The notes: generated by a model not told the origin, from the letters alone. 64,000 nucleotides of DNA from an uncultured Coriobacteriaceae bacterium (GCA_902791035.1 CADAUA010000006.1:80457-144456); one strand, 5' to 3'. Positions 9,677-19,470 are shown, numbered from the stretch's first letter. Numbers and translations: made by a program.

Positions 9677-10486
9677 CTAGAGGGAGTCTGTGGTGGACGG
9701 CTGGGCCGCCACCTCGCCGTCGGGCCCCACCCGGAGCCTGCCGTGGTCGGTCTGCTGGGCCAGCATGTGGTGGACGTCGCCCAGGCCCTGAGCGGAGCCC
9801 TCGCCCATGCGACGCAGGGCGTCCTCTGCGGCCGCGGCCTCGGAGGCCTTCTTTGACGAGCCGGTGCCACGGCCCACGCGGATGTGGTCCACGAGGACCA
9901 CGCTGGTGAAGGTGGGGTCGTGTGCGGGGCCGGCCTCGGACACCAGCTTGTACTCGGGGGCGCAGTGGAGGTCGCGCTGGGTGACCTCCTGGAGGCGGGA
10001 CTTGGGGCTTATGGGCTTGACGGCCAGGGAGGGCGTCACATAGGGGTCGAGCGTGCGTACCACGAACTCGTGGGTGACCCTGTATCCCGCATCCAGGTAG
10101 AGGGCGCCCACGATTGACTCGTAGACGTTCTCGAGCGCGGAGTGCATGCCGCGCGCGCCGGTGCCGCGCTCGGACTCGCCCATGAGGATGAGGGGACCTA
10201 TGCCCAGGGAGTCCGCCACCTTGGAGAGGGTCTCGCCCGACACGAGCGAGACCTTGAGGCGCGTGAGGGCGCCCTCGTCCATGGCAGGGAAGCGCTCGTA
10301 GAGGTCGGTGGCCACGATCGCGCCCAGGATGGAGTCGCCCAGGAACTCGAGGCGCTCGTAGGAGGCCGAGACGGGCTTGCCCTCCACGGCAGACGGGTGC
10401 GTGAGGGCGCTCTCTATGAGGCTCTTGTCGGCGAACTGGTGGCCGCAGATCCGCTCGACCTCGGCCACCGCCTGGTGCATCTTCAA
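9677..10486 (-). CDS. rnc: Ribonuclease III
   Basis: The RNase III signature ERLEFLGDS and a dsRBD (SRLQE...GSSKKASEAAAAEDAL) are present. A C-terminal extension of about 40 aa follows. Confidence 0.95.
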   Translation of the reverse strand: MKMHQAVAEVERICGHQFADKSLIESALTHPSAVEGKPVSASYERLEFLGDSILGAIVATDLYERFPAMDEGALTRLKVSLVSGETLSKVADSLGIGPLILMGESERGTGARGMHSALENVYESIVGALYLDAGYRVTHEFVVRTLDPYVTPSLAVKPISPKSRLQEVTQRDLHCAPEYKLVSEAGPAHDPTFTSVVLVDHIRVGRGTGSSKKASEAAAAEDALRRMGEGSAQGLGDVHHMLAQQTDHGRLRVGPDGEVAAQPSTTDSL

Positions 10487-10505
10487 GGTATCGTGCCGCC
10501 TAACC

Positions 10506-10745
10506 CTAGCGGGCAGCCATGATGCCGTCGACGGCGTCGCGCACGGTCACGATCTTCTCGAGGGCCTCGTCGTCGAAGGTGAGGTCGAACTCGTCCTCGA
10601 GGGCGGTCACGAGCTCCAGAAGGTCGAACGAGTCCGCGCCCAGGTCCTTGAAGTTGGTGTCCTCGGCAAGCTCGGTGCCCTCCGGCACCTCCAGCGTCTC
10701 GTTGACGACGTCCAGCACCTTGGCGAGCGTCTCCTCGCGATCCAT
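10506..10745 (-). CDS. acpP: Acyl carrier protein
   Basis: I chose the ATG at 10745 because GGAGGAAGCC precedes it. The phosphopantetheine site context is [12 protein letters not shown]. The product is 79 aa. Confidence 0.9.
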   Translation of the reverse strand: MDREETLAKVLDVVNETLEVPEGTELAEDTNFKDLGADSFDLLELVTALEDEFDLTFDDEALEKIVTVRDAVDGIMAAR

Positions 10746-10845
10746 GGCTTCCTCCATCCCCGGCCTGGTGGCCGTCATGCCCACAGGCCCGCGACCGGCC
10801 CAGCGCCCGCCACGGTCCCACTCGTATACCAGCTGATTCTACCCG

Positions 10846-11835
10846 TTAGGCCCCGGCCTCGCAGGCCTGGGCGATCTTGTCCACGAGCTCGCCGCGAACC
10901 GCCGCGGCCGCAGCGAGCGTGCCGTTCTTTACCGCCTCGGCCGACGTGTTGCCATGGCCCTTGACCACGGGGGCCTTGAGGCCCAGGAGGATCGCACCAC
11001 CATAGGCGTCGCCCGAGATCTCGCCCACCACGGACTTGAGCGGCCCCACGAGCAGGCCCGCCCCCACCTTGGCCTTGAGGGAGCCGGCGGCCGCGGCCTT
11101 GAGGCGGTCCTTGATGAAGCGCCCCGTGCCCTCGATGGTCTTTATCGCCACGTTGCCCGTAAAGCCGTCGGCCACGATCACGTCGAAGGAGTCGCCCAGG
11201 AGGTCGGTGCCCTCGGCGTTGCCCACGAAGCCGCAGTCGCCGGCCGCGAGCGCCGCATGGTAGGCCAGGGCCAGCTCGGAGCCCTTGGTCTCCTCCGCGC
11301 CGTTGCAGAGGAGGCCCACCCGCGGATCCTCCACCCCCAGCGCCACCTGGGCGTAGGCGCGCCCCATGTGGGCGAACTGGACCATGACCTCGGGCTTCAC
11401 GTCGGCGTTTGCCCCCATGTCCAGGAAGACCGTCTTGTGGTCGCCGGGACCCGGGAAGGGCAGGGAGAGCGCCGGGCGCTTGATGCCCTTGATGCGGCCC
11501 ACGCCAAAGGTCGCGGCAGTGAGGACGGCACCCGTGGAGCCTGCGGAGAAGAGCCCGTCGGCCTGGCCCGAGCGCACCGCGGCGGCGGCCCGCACGATCG
11601 AGGCGTCCTTCTTCTGGCGGACGGCGTTTGCCGGGTGCTCCGACATGGTGATGACCTGGGTGGTAACGAGCGGCTGGATGCGGTCGGACTCCTTGACGGC
11701 GGCGGTCACGGCCGACTCGTCGCCGGCAAGAAGGACGGTGAGGTCGGGGTCGGCCGCGAGAGCCAGCTTGACGCCCTCGACGATGACGGAGGGGTCCTTG
11801 TCGGAGCCCATCGCGTCGACGCAGATCGTGGTCAT
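10846..11835 (-). CDS. plsX: Phosphate acyltransferase PlsX
   Basis: The protein is 329 aa with PlsX-type sequence (MTTICVDAMGSD..., GNAEGTD, VKGHG). The plsX-acpP-rnc order is conserved. Confidence 0.95.
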   Translation of the reverse strand: MTTICVDAMGSDKDPSVIVEGVKLALAADPDLTVLLAGDESAVTAAVKESDRIQPLVTTQVITMSEHPANAVRQKKDASIVRAAAAVRSGQADGLFSAGSTGAVLTAATFGVGRIKGIKRPALSLPFPGPGDHKTVFLDMGANADVKPEVMVQFAHMGRAYAQVALGVEDPRVGLLCNGAEETKGSELALAYHAALAAGDCGFVGNAEGTDLLGDSFDVIVADGFTGNVAIKTIEGTGRFIKDRLKAAAAGSLKAKVGAGLLVGPLKSVVGEISGDAYGGAILLGLKAPVVKGHGNTSAEAVKNGTLAAAAAVRGELVDKIAQACEAGA

Positions 11836-12013
11836 GAGTCCTCCAATGCTTGGTAGGGCCCGGTGCCAGCGGGGCCGGGCGCGTGGTGTGTAGATTGCGG
11901 TTGGGTTCCATTATGCCCCAATGCCGGCGCGCAGCGGGTGCGGGGTGGAGGCGCGGGGGTGCGGGGCACTGCGGGGACGGTCGCTCGCACCCGCACCGCG
12001 CACGCATCGCACG

Positions 12014-12052
12014 CAAAAGAGAGGGCCGACCCTCTGCGGGACGGCCCTCTCT
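12014..12052 (-). terminator. Rho-independent terminator downstream of rpmF
   Basis: On the minus strand it reads AGAGAGGGCCG - 13 nt loop - CGGCCCTCTCT, followed by TTTTG. Confidence 0.6.
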
Positions 12053-12091
12053 GGCTGGCTCGTGCAAACGAGGTGCAAACGGGTGCCGAGG

Positions 12092-12271
12092 CTACTCGGT
12101 GACGACGACCTCACGGTCCTTGTAGTAGCCGCAGTTGGGGCACACGTGGTGCGGCAGCTTGGGGGCGCCGCAGCGCGGGCACACGGAACGACCCGGCATC
12201 TCGACCTTGCTGTTCGCCGAACGGCGGCTGTGGGTGGCGCCGCGACCCTTCTTTTGCTTAGGAACTGCCAT
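12092..12271 (-). CDS. rpmF: 50S ribosomal protein L32 (below the ORF-track length cutoff)
   Basis: Hand translation gives MAVPKQKKGRGATHSRRSANSKVEMPGRSVCPRCGAPKLPHHVCPNCGYYKDREVVVTE. This has the L32 N-terminal signature and a CxxC...CxxC zinc ribbon. GAGAGG lies upstream. Confidence 0.9.
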   Translation of the reverse strand: MAVPKQKKGRGATHSRRSANSKVEMPGRSVCPRCGAPKLPHHVCPNCGYYKDREVVVTE

Positions 12272-12477
12272 CTTGAACCTCTCAGACTCTACTCGCGCCC
12301 GCGCGAACCGGGCGTGGGCCTACCTCCAAAAATCATGCAAGGGCTACTATACCACGCAGTCCACAAAAAGCACCCCAATCAAAGGATTTTCACGCGGCGG
12401 GCGAAAAGTCGAGGCTCAGGCGCAAAGCCGCGGGCCGGACTCCGCGGGCGTGCCCCGCCCTGCACGCCTCGAGTGCC

Positions 12478-13041
12478 CTAGTCGTCCAGCTTGAGGTCCT
12501 TGAGGGCCGAGAAGGGACTCGTGCCCATGCGCTCCAGGCGGATCTGCTCCGCGTGGCCGCAGTCCTCCTCGTTGAGGTTGGCGCCGCAGACCGGGCAGAG
12601 CCCCTTGCAGTCGGGCTTGCACAGGACCACGAAGGGCGTCTCCATCACGAGCGTGGTCTGGAGGGCAAGCGACAGGTCCAGCGTGCCGTCGGGGTTGACC
12701 AGCTGGAAGTCGATGTCGTCCTCGTCGTCCTCGTCCTTGTCGCCGGCGGATCCAGCGGGCTCCTCGAAGAGGTAGTACTCGTCCACCTCGCCGTCGATGT
12801 CGAACTCCGCGCGCTCCAGGCAGCGGTCGCACACGCCCACGACGTGCGTGCTCAGCATGCCCGTGACGAGGATGCCCTCGCCGGCGTTGGTGAGCACGAG
12901 GTCGTAGTCGATGCCCTCGGGCAGCTCGAAGTCATGGTCGCCCAGCGAGTAGGCCCTCTCGTCCAGGTGGCCCGCACAGGGCAGGGTGTCGCCCGGGTTG
13001 GCAAGCCTATCGTCGAGCGCGAAGATCACAGGCTGCATCAT
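12478..13041 (-). CDS. DUF177 (YceD-like) protein
   Basis: It is an acidic protein with CDRCL and CxxxCKGLCPxCG motifs. It holds the conserved position directly upstream of rpmF. Confidence 0.85.
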   Translation of the reverse strand: MMQPVIFALDDRLANPGDTLPCAGHLDERAYSLGDHDFELPEGIDYDLVLTNAGEGILVTGMLSTHVVGVCDRCLERAEFDIDGEVDEYYLFEEPAGSAGDKDEDDEDDIDFQLVNPDGTLDLSLALQTTLVMETPFVVLCKPDCKGLCPVCGANLNEEDCGHAEQIRLERMGTSPFSALKDLKLDD

Positions 13042-13044
13042 GCG

Positions 13045-13542
13045 CTACCACGGCACGTTGTTCGTGGTGTTGCGGGGACCGGAGTTCTCGTCCAGGGTCT
13101 GGCGCACGCGCGAGACGGAGCTGCTCAGCGACTTGAGGTTCTCCTCCAGGTGCGCCAGGACCGTGTCGGCGTACTCCTCCGCGTTGTAGCGGGTGTCGCG
13201 CTCATACTGGTCGGCCTTGTCGCGCGTGGCGTCGGCCTGCTGCTGGGCCAGGCGCACGATCTCCTGGTCGCCCGCGAGGATCATGGCCTGCTGCTGGGCG
13301 TCGGCGATGATGCTGTCGGCCTGCTGCTGGGCGCGGTCGAGCGTCTCCTGCTCCTCCTTGAGGATGCGACGCGCGTCCGCGAACTCCTGGGGGAAGACGC
13401 GACGGATCTCGTCGAGGATCTCGTAGACGTCCTGCGAGTCGACGATCTTCTTCTGGCCGCCACCGCCAAAGGGCGACTTGGCCTCCGTGACCATCTGCTC
13501 GAGCTCGTCGATTAGGTTCTCCAACTCCTCGCCTGGCTGCAT
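13045..13542 (-). CDS. Glu/Gln-rich coiled-coil protein, function unknown
   Basis: The ATG at 13542 is preceded by a strong AAAGGAGA. The 165-aa product is predicted to be largely helical (EEQETLDRAQQQADSIIADAQQQA...). I do not recognise the family with confidence. Confidence 0.6.
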   Translation of the reverse strand: MQPGEELENLIDELEQMVTEAKSPFGGGGQKKIVDSQDVYEILDEIRRVFPQEFADARRILKEEQETLDRAQQQADSIIADAQQQAMILAGDQEIVRLAQQQADATRDKADQYERDTRYNAEEYADTVLAHLEENLKSLSSSVSRVRQTLDENSGPRNTTNNVPW

Positions 13543-13769
13543 CCAGGTCTCCTTTCGTAACGGCTGCGCAAACGGACGCGCTGCCGCCCCCGATGCCCAT
13601 TCGTGTAGAGAATACCAGATTGGGACGGCGCGGCCTGCAAAAACGCAGTCTGTGCACGCATATGCCAGCAAGCGGGTGGCGAAAGGCGGAATCGGGAGGG
13701 CCGGCGCTAATGGCGGAAGGCGGCACCGGCGCTCGCACGGGCAACAAGGCCCCGTTGCCGGGGGATCTT

Positions 13770-13839
13770 GGGTGCGGCGTCTCGAGCCGGGCGTCTCGGG
13801 TGCGGCGTCTCGGGCTGGGCGTCTCGGGTGCGGCCCTCT
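13770..13839. repeat. 14-bp (28-bp) tandem repeat, about 5 units, abutting the coaD stop codon
   Basis: The units are GGGTGCGGCGTCTC / GAGCCGGGCGTCTC / GGGTGCGGCGTCTC / GGGCTGGGCGTCTC / GGGTGCGGCCCTCT. The last unit overlaps the coaD stop (13838-13840). Confidence 0.85.
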
Positions 13840-14359
13840 AGCCCTCGTACCTCTCCGCGTAGTGCTCGCGTAGGCAGCGCTCCACGTTGGGCGGCACGAG
13901 GAAGCTCACGTCGGACCCCATGCTGGCGATCTCGCGCACCACCGAAGACGACACGAAGCCGTAGTCCGTGCCCGACATGACGAAGACGGACTCCAGGTCG
14001 GGGTCCAGGTGGCTGTTGAGCCCGGCCTGCTGGAGCTCGTACTCGAAGTCCGTCATGGCGCGCAGGCCCTTGACCACGCCGCCCGCGCCGTGCTGGCGGC
14101 AGAAGTCCACGAGGAGGCCGGTGAAGGGTATGACCTCGATGTCGGAGAGGCCCTCGAGCTCGAGCGCCTCGCGCAGCATGCCGGTGCGCTCCTCGAGCGA
14201 GAAGGTCGTCCCGTGGGCGTGCTTGTTCACACTGGCGGCCACGGCGACCGTGACCTTGGGGAAGAGCCGCGAGGCCCGCCGGATCACGTCTATGTGGCCC
14301 AAGGTGACGGGGTCGAAGGTCCCCGGCACCACCACGTGCGTCACGCGCTCACTGCCCAT
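13838..14359 (-). CDS. coaD: Phosphopantetheine adenylyltransferase
   Basis: The start is MGSERVTHVVVPGTFDPVTLGHID (T/HxGH motif). The product is 173 aa. The 5' end overlaps the rsmD stop by 11 nt. Confidence 0.95.
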   Translation of the reverse strand: MGSERVTHVVVPGTFDPVTLGHIDVIRRASRLFPKVTVAVAASVNKHAHGTTFSLEERTGMLREALELEGLSDIEVIPFTGLLVDFCRQHGAGGVVKGLRAMTDFEYELQQAGLNSHLDPDLESVFVMSGTDYGFVSSSVVREIASMGSDVSFLVPPNVERCLREHYAERYEG

Positions 14360-14939
14360 CCGCTGCCTCCCCTCCCCCGTAGACCGCAAGGTCCACGCAG
14401 GTGATCCCGTGCTTCTTTGTCCTGGCGGGCGCCAGGCCCGCGACGGCCAGGCCCGGGGCCTCCGCCGCGCGCTCGTAGCACACCACGCAGCCAGGGGCCA
14501 GCTGTCCCGAGGCTGCGAGGCCCGCGACCACGGACGATACCACGTCTGCGCCCATGGCGTAGGGCGGGTCGAGGAAGACCACGTGGAAGGGGGCACCGGG
14601 CAGGCCGGACGTGGCCAGGCGCAGGGCGTCGCCGCGCACCACCTGCGTGCGGTCGAGGGCGCCCAGGGCCTTGCAGTTGCGGCGCACTCGGGCGGCCGCG
14701 CCCCTGTCGGCATCCACGAATGTGCAGGTGGCGGCCCCGCGGGAAAGGAGCTCGAGCCCCATGGCGCCCGAGCCGGCAAAGGCGTCGAGCACGTGGGCGC
14801 CCGCCAGGTCCAGGCCGCGCGCCGAGAGGATCATGGAGGCGATGGACTCCCGCATGCGGTCCGTGGTGGGCCGCGTGACGGAGCGCCCGTCCGGCGCCTC
14901 CAGCTGCCTGCCGCGCCACTCCCCGCCAACGATCCTCAT
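14349..14939 (-). CDS. rsmD: 16S rRNA (guanine966-N2)-methyltransferase RsmD
   Basis: The ATG at 14939 follows GAGGAGAGGAGAGGG. Motifs are VLDAFAGSGAMGLE and FLDPPY. The first 15 codons of the track ORF lie inside a family-1 repeat. Confidence 0.9.
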   Translation of the reverse strand: MRIVGGEWRGRQLEAPDGRSVTRPTTDRMRESIASMILSARGLDLAGAHVLDAFAGSGAMGLELLSRGAATCTFVDADRGAAARVRRNCKALGALDRTQVVRGDALRLATSGLPGAPFHVVFLDPPYAMGADVVSSVVAGLAASGQLAPGCVVCYERAAEAPGLAVAGLAPARTKKHGITCVDLAVYGGGEAADGQ

Positions 14940-14964
14940 GCCCTCTCCTCTCCTCACGCCGTCT

Positions 14965-15073
14965 GGGGTCGGAGCTCGTGTCACGCGGGGTCGGAGTTGC
15001 TGTCACGCTCGCCGAGCGCGTGCCATGGGGCGTGACACGAGCTCCGACCCCGCGTGACAGCAACTCCGACCCC
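14965..15073. repeat. Family-1 dispersed repeat, four units (two forward, two inverted)
   Basis: GGGGTCGGAGCTCGTGTCACGC and GGGGTCGGAGTTGCTGTCACGC are followed, after a 22-nt centre, by GCGTGACACGAGCTCCGACCCC and GCGTGACAGCAACTCCGACCCC. It lies between the rsmD start and the recG stop. Confidence 0.9.
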
Positions 15074-15087
15074 AGGCGTCACGGGCG

Positions 15088-17250
15088 TCACGCACGCTCG
15101 AGCTCGTCGAAGTATGCCCCAAAGCGGTCGCGCACCTCAAGGGCGCACGTGATGTGCTCCGGCCGTGCGAGCCCCGGGTCGCCCGCCGTGATGGCCCGCG
15201 CATCGTCGTGCGCCCACTGCACCAGGTCCTTGTCAGCATCCAGGTCAGCCACGACCAACGGCACCGACCCGCTCTGCCTGTAGCCCAGCACCTCGCCCTC
15301 CCGGCGTAGCTTGAGGTCGAGCTCCGCGAGCTCGAAGCCGTCGGTCGTGCGCTCGAGCGCGGCCAGGCGCTGGCGGGCCGGCGAGTCCTTCCTTGCCGCG
15401 CACTCCAGCCACACCGTGCCCGCCGCGTCGCCCCTGCCCACGCGTCCGCGCAGCTGATGTAGGGTGGCCAGGCCAAAGCGGTCCGCGTCGCGCACCAGCA
15501 TGGCCGTGGCGTTGGGCACGTCCACGCCCACCTCGATCACGGTCGTGCACACGAGGACCCGCACGCGCCCGGCACGGAAGTCGTCCATCACGGAGTCCTT
15601 GTCGGCAGCTCCCATCCGCCCGGTGAGGAGCGCGCAGCGCACGTCCGGCAGGAGCCGGCCCACCTCCTCGAGCGTCCGCGTGGCAGAGTGGGGCTTGGCG
15701 GCGCCGGACTTGACCGAGTCGGGCACGTCGTCGAGGTCAGCACCGTCGTCGGCGTCATCCACGAGGGGGCAGACCACGTAGGCCTGGTACCCCGCGTCGA
15801 GCGCCTCGCGGATGCCACCCCAGGCGAGGTCCAGGTTCTCGGGCGCGAGCACGTGGGTCTCCACGCCTGCCCCGGCGCGCGGGCGGTGGCGGATGCGGGA
15901 GACCTCTACGTCGCCGTAGAGCGAGAGGGCCAGCGTGCGCGGGATGGGCGTGGCCGTCATGGCCAGGAGGTCCGCCCCCGCCCCCTTGCGGCGCAGGGCC
16001 GCGCGCTGGTCCACGCCAAAGCGGTGCTGCTCGTCGATGACCACGAGCGAGAGGGCCGAGAAGTCCATGTCGTCCCCGAGGACCGCCGTGGTGCCGAAGA
16101 CCACCGTGAGCTCGCCTCGGGCCAGGGCGGAGGAGGTGAGGGCGCGCTCGTCGGACGGCGTGGCGCCCGTGACGAGCGCCCAGCGCACGTACGCGCGGGT
16201 GAGGAGGGGACCGACCTTCTCCGCGTACTGGCGCGCCAGGACCGAGGTGGGCGCCATGACGGCTGCCTGGGTCCCGGTGTCGGCCACCGCCGCCAAGGCC
16301 ACGGCCGCCACGGCGGTCTTCCCGGTGCCGACGTCGCCCAGGAGCAGGCGGTTCATCACGTGGGGCGAGGCCATGTCGGCCAGGATCTCCCGGCAGGCGG
16401 CCTCCTGCTCGTCGGTGAGCGAGAAAGGCAGCGCCGCACGGAGGGCCTCCACGTGGGGGCCGTCCGTCACATGGGCCGTGGGCACGACGTCCGCGAGCTC
16501 GATCGTGCGGCGCGAGAGAAGGGCCAGCTGCAGGGCCAGGAGCTCGTCGTAGGCCAGGCGGCGGCGGGCGTCCTCGGCCGCGGCGGGCGTGGGCGGGAAG
16601 TGGACCTCGCGCAGGGCCCGACCCTCGCCCATAAGGCGGCGGCGCGCCACGAGGGGCGCCGGCACCCAGTCCGCGACGTCGCCCAGGTCGCCGAGCGCCG
16701 TGCTCACGTAGCGGCGCATCATGCCGTCCGACACACCCTCGGTGAGCGGGTAGTGGGGCAGGACGCGGGCATAGCGGCCCTCGCGGGCAGCCTTGGCGTC
16801 GAGGACCTCCAGGTAGGGGCCGCGCATCTGCTTGAAGCCATAGGCGAAGGTCACCTTGCCGGAGAGCGCCACCACGTCGCCGGGGTGGACCTTGTCGGCG
16901 AGCCAGGGCTGGCGGAAGAAGGACGCCTCTATCACGCCGGTCTCGTCGAAGGCGTAGACCTCCACTACCTGCATGCGGGGGCGGGGGCGCTTGAGGAGGA
17001 CCTTGTCGACCGTGACCTTGAGGGTGGCCTCGGAGCCCACGTCCGCCATGGCCACCGTGGTGGGGTGGGAGAAGTCGTCGTAGCGGCGCGGCACGTGGAG
17101 CAGGAGGTCGCGCACGCGCCGGATGCCCATGCGGGCGAGCGCCTCGGCCCGGGCGCCCTTGACGAAGCGCACCCGCTCCACAGAGTCCGAGAGGGCGCAG
17201 GTCCGCTGCACCCTCTCGCTTGCCGCTCCTATGTTCGGGCGCGTGCCCAT
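15088..17250 (-). CDS. recG: ATP-dependent DNA helicase RecG
   Basis: The ATG at 17250 follows GGAGGAG. A wedge/OB region is followed by helicase motifs GDVGTGKT and DEQHRFG, giving 720 aa. The 1308-aa track ORF is a read-through of the frame into the next gene. Confidence 0.95.
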   Translation of the reverse strand: MGTRPNIGAASERVQRTCALSDSVERVRFVKGARAEALARMGIRRVRDLLLHVPRRYDDFSHPTTVAMADVGSEATLKVTVDKVLLKRPRPRMQVVEVYAFDETGVIEASFFRQPWLADKVHPGDVVALSGKVTFAYGFKQMRGPYLEVLDAKAAREGRYARVLPHYPLTEGVSDGMMRRYVSTALGDLGDVADWVPAPLVARRRLMGEGRALREVHFPPTPAAAEDARRRLAYDELLALQLALLSRRTIELADVVPTAHVTDGPHVEALRAALPFSLTDEQEAACREILADMASPHVMNRLLLGDVGTGKTAVAAVALAAVADTGTQAAVMAPTSVLARQYAEKVGPLLTRAYVRWALVTGATPSDERALTSSALARGELTVVFGTTAVLGDDMDFSALSLVVIDEQHRFGVDQRAALRRKGAGADLLAMTATPIPRTLALSLYGDVEVSRIRHRPRAGAGVETHVLAPENLDLAWGGIREALDAGYQAYVVCPLVDDADDGADLDDVPDSVKSGAAKPHSATRTLEEVGRLLPDVRCALLTGRMGAADKDSVMDDFRAGRVRVLVCTTVIEVGVDVPNATAMLVRDADRFGLATLHQLRGRVGRGDAAGTVWLECAARKDSPARQRLAALERTTDGFELAELDLKLRREGEVLGYRQSGSVPLVVADLDADKDLVQWAHDDARAITAGDPGLARPEHITCALEVRDRFGAYFDELERA

Positions 17251-17293
17251 CCTATGGCAGCTCCTCCGTTGCCTCCCGCCTGCCGGCGTCAAA

Positions 17294-17347
17294 GCGTGAC
17301 ACAAGCTCCGACCCCGCGTGACACGAGCTCCGACCCCGCTGTCACGC
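17294..17347. repeat. Family-1 dispersed repeat, two direct units plus a short inverted tail
   Basis: GCGTGACACAAGCTCCGACCCC GCGTGACACGAGCTCCGACCCC GCTGTCACGC. It ends 2 nt from the stop codon of the DAK2 gene. Confidence 0.9.
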
Positions 17348-17348
17348 G

Positions 17349-19037
17349 CTACTCGAGGGAGAAGATCACGGGGTAGAGGGGCTGCTCGCCGCGGTGCGGG
17401 TTGAGCTCCAGGTCGGGCTGGGCCTCGGCGATGGCGTCCTGCAGCGCCTGGAAGGCGTCGTCGTCCAGGTCGGAGCCGGCCAGGATCGTGAGGGTGTCGC
17501 CCTCCTCGTCGGCCTGCATCTTCGCGATCAGGTCCAGCGTGACCTGCTGCACGTCGGAACCCACCACGGTTATCTGGCCGCCCTCGATGCCCATGACGTC
17601 GCCCGCGTGTATGGGGGTGCCGTCGGCCGCCGCCGAGTCGCGCACGGCGGTGGTCACCTCGCCGTCGCGAATCTCGCCGATCGCCTCGGTCATGGCCTCC
17701 ACGTTGTCCTCGAGGGTGCCCTCGGGGTCGACGTCGAACATGGCCGAGAAGGCCTGGAGCACGCTCTTGGTGGGTACGACGGCCACCTTGGCGTCCTCGC
17801 AGGCGCTGGCGGCTGCCTCGGCGGCCATGCGGATATTGCCGTTGTCGGGCAGGACGATCACCGAGTCGGCGTTCGTGGCCTCGATGGCGTCCAGGATGTC
17901 GGCCGTGGACGGGTTCATGGTCTGCCCACCGGACACCACGACGTCCACGCCCAGGGACTTGAGGATCTCGGCCTCGCCCGAGCCGGCGGCCACGGCCACG
18001 AAGCCCAGGGGCTTGCGCGGCGCGGCGTGCTTGGGGGCGACCTTCTCGGCCTCGGCAGCCTTGTCGGCCGCGATCTTCGCCGTGCGGTCCTTGGCCTCGA
18101 GGTCCATGTTGTGGATGAAGACCTCGAAGATCTGGCCGCGCTGCAGCATGTAGTTGAGGACCTTGTCGGGCGTGTTGGAGTGCACGTGGACCTTGTAGTT
18201 GGGGTTCTCGCCCACCAGGAGCTCGCAGTCGCCCATGGTGGCCAGGAACTTGAGGCAGGCCTCCTCGTCGAAGCTCTTGTCGTTGGCGTGGAAGAGGAAC
18301 TCGTTGCAGTAGCGGTACTGGGAGCCCTCCCAGTCGTCGTTGAGTTCGATCTGGACCTTGGCCGCCACGTCGGACTTGGCGTCGCCCGTGGTCACCGTGG
18401 TCTTGAAGTCGGTGGTGCCGGACTTGCCTTCCACCGCGTTCACGAAGCCCTCGAGGAAGGTGGCGAAGCCGTAGGCGCCGGAGTCCACCACGCCGTTCTC
18501 CTTGAGCACGGGGAGAAGGTCGGGCGTGCGGGCCACGGACTCGTAGGCCTCCACCACGAGCTCGTCGAGCATCTCGGCGGTCGTGACCTTGGTCTTCTCG
18601 AGCTCGTTGGCACGCTCGGAGACGTCGCGCAGGACGGTGAGGATGGTGCCCTCCACGGGCTTGCGCACGGCCTTGAAGGCGACCTTGACGCCACGGCGGA
18701 AGGCGTGGGCCACGTCCGCTGGAGTGGGCTCGTCCTGGTTCTTCGCGTCGCAGAGGCCCTCGGCCACGCCGCGCAGGATCTGGCTCGTGATTACGCCGGA
18801 GTTGCCGCGGGCGCCCATGAGGGAGCCGTGGGTGATCGCCTTGGCTATGTCCTCCATGGTGGCGTCGGCCGGCAGGGCCTCCACCTCGCGCACGACGGTC
18901 CCCAGCGTGAGGGACATGTTCGTGCCGGTGTCGCCATCGGGCACGGGGAAGACGTTGAGCTTGTTGATCTCCTCCGCCTTGTCGGCCACCACCTTGGCGG
19001 CCACCGGGAAGCACGTGCGCATAACTGTGGAAATCAT
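17349..19037 (-). CDS. DAK2 (DhaL-like) domain protein, YloV family
   Basis: The ATG at 19037 begins an N-terminal DhaL-type motif (NVFPVPDGDTGTNM). The product is 562 aa. The Asp23 - DAK2 - recG order is conserved. Confidence 0.9.
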   Translation of the reverse strand: MISTVMRTCFPVAAKVVADKAEEINKLNVFPVPDGDTGTNMSLTLGTVVREVEALPADATMEDIAKAITHGSLMGARGNSGVITSQILRGVAEGLCDAKNQDEPTPADVAHAFRRGVKVAFKAVRKPVEGTILTVLRDVSERANELEKTKVTTAEMLDELVVEAYESVARTPDLLPVLKENGVVDSGAYGFATFLEGFVNAVEGKSGTTDFKTTVTTGDAKSDVAAKVQIELNDDWEGSQYRYCNEFLFHANDKSFDEEACLKFLATMGDCELLVGENPNYKVHVHSNTPDKVLNYMLQRGQIFEVFIHNMDLEAKDRTAKIAADKAAEAEKVAPKHAAPRKPLGFVAVAAGSGEAEILKSLGVDVVVSGGQTMNPSTADILDAIEATNADSVIVLPDNGNIRMAAEAAASACEDAKVAVVPTKSVLQAFSAMFDVDPEGTLEDNVEAMTEAIGEIRDGEVTTAVRDSAAADGTPIHAGDVMGIEGGQITVVGSDVQQVTLDLIAKMQADEEGDTLTILAGSDLDDDAFQALQDAIAEAQPDLELNPHRGEQPLYPVIFSLE

Positions 19038-19122
19038 TTCGTAGGGACCTCGGTTCCTTCTCGGCGCTCTGTGTGAGATTGCGGGCCGCGCGCGTGGCCC
19101 GCGGGCCACGCGGCCGGGCCGG

Positions 19123-19470
19123 CTAGCGGGCCTTGCGGATGCCCTCGATGTGGATCTTTACCTCGACCTCGCCGAGCTCGGCGATCTGCTTGAGGATGAA
19201 CTTGACGGAGCTCGTGAGGTTGCCCACCACGGACGCCATGTTCACGCCATCCTCCAGGACCACGTGGAGGTCCACCGTCACGACGCCGTCCTTGGCGCCC
19301 ACGTCGATGCCCTTGCGCAGGCGGTAGGCGGGCAGCAGGCGCCAGGCGGCGGAGTCGGGGTCGATCTCCGCCATGCCCACGACGCCGTAGCACTCGAGGG
19401 CGGCATAGCCGGCGAGGTCCGCGATGCAGTCGTTAGAAACCTTGAGCGTTCCCGGAACGGTACCAGACAT
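19123..19470 (-). CDS. Asp23/Gls24 family envelope stress protein
   Basis: The ATG at 19470 follows GGAAGGAGA. The 115-aa product has Asp23-type sequence (VSNDCIADLAGYAALECYGVVGM). Confidence 0.9.
   Translation of the reverse strand: MSGTVPGTLKVSNDCIADLAGYAALECYGVVGMAEIDPDSAAWRLLPAYRLRKGIDVGAKDGVVTVDLHVVLEDGVNMASVVGNLTSSVKFILKQIAELGEVEVKIHIEGIRKAR

Noticed and set aside
12272-12477. Promoter call for rpmF (TATAGT box with upstream TTGATT)
   Set aside because: The -10-like TATAGT is clear, but the best -35-like hexamer lies about 25 nt away, well beyond the usual 16-19 nt spacing. I did not annotate it without TSS data.
15088-19014. 1308-aa ORF suggesting a giant RecG fusion. N-terminal extensions of other track ORFs are similar (1051-2445, 1211-3670, 13838-14779, 19123-19890, 27975-29723, 29054-30409, 46956-49253, 53121-55571).
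   Set aside because: The upstream portions overlap neighbouring conserved genes or repeat elements, have low-complexity Arg/Pro/Gly composition, and internal starts with good SD sequences reproduce canonical protein N-termini.
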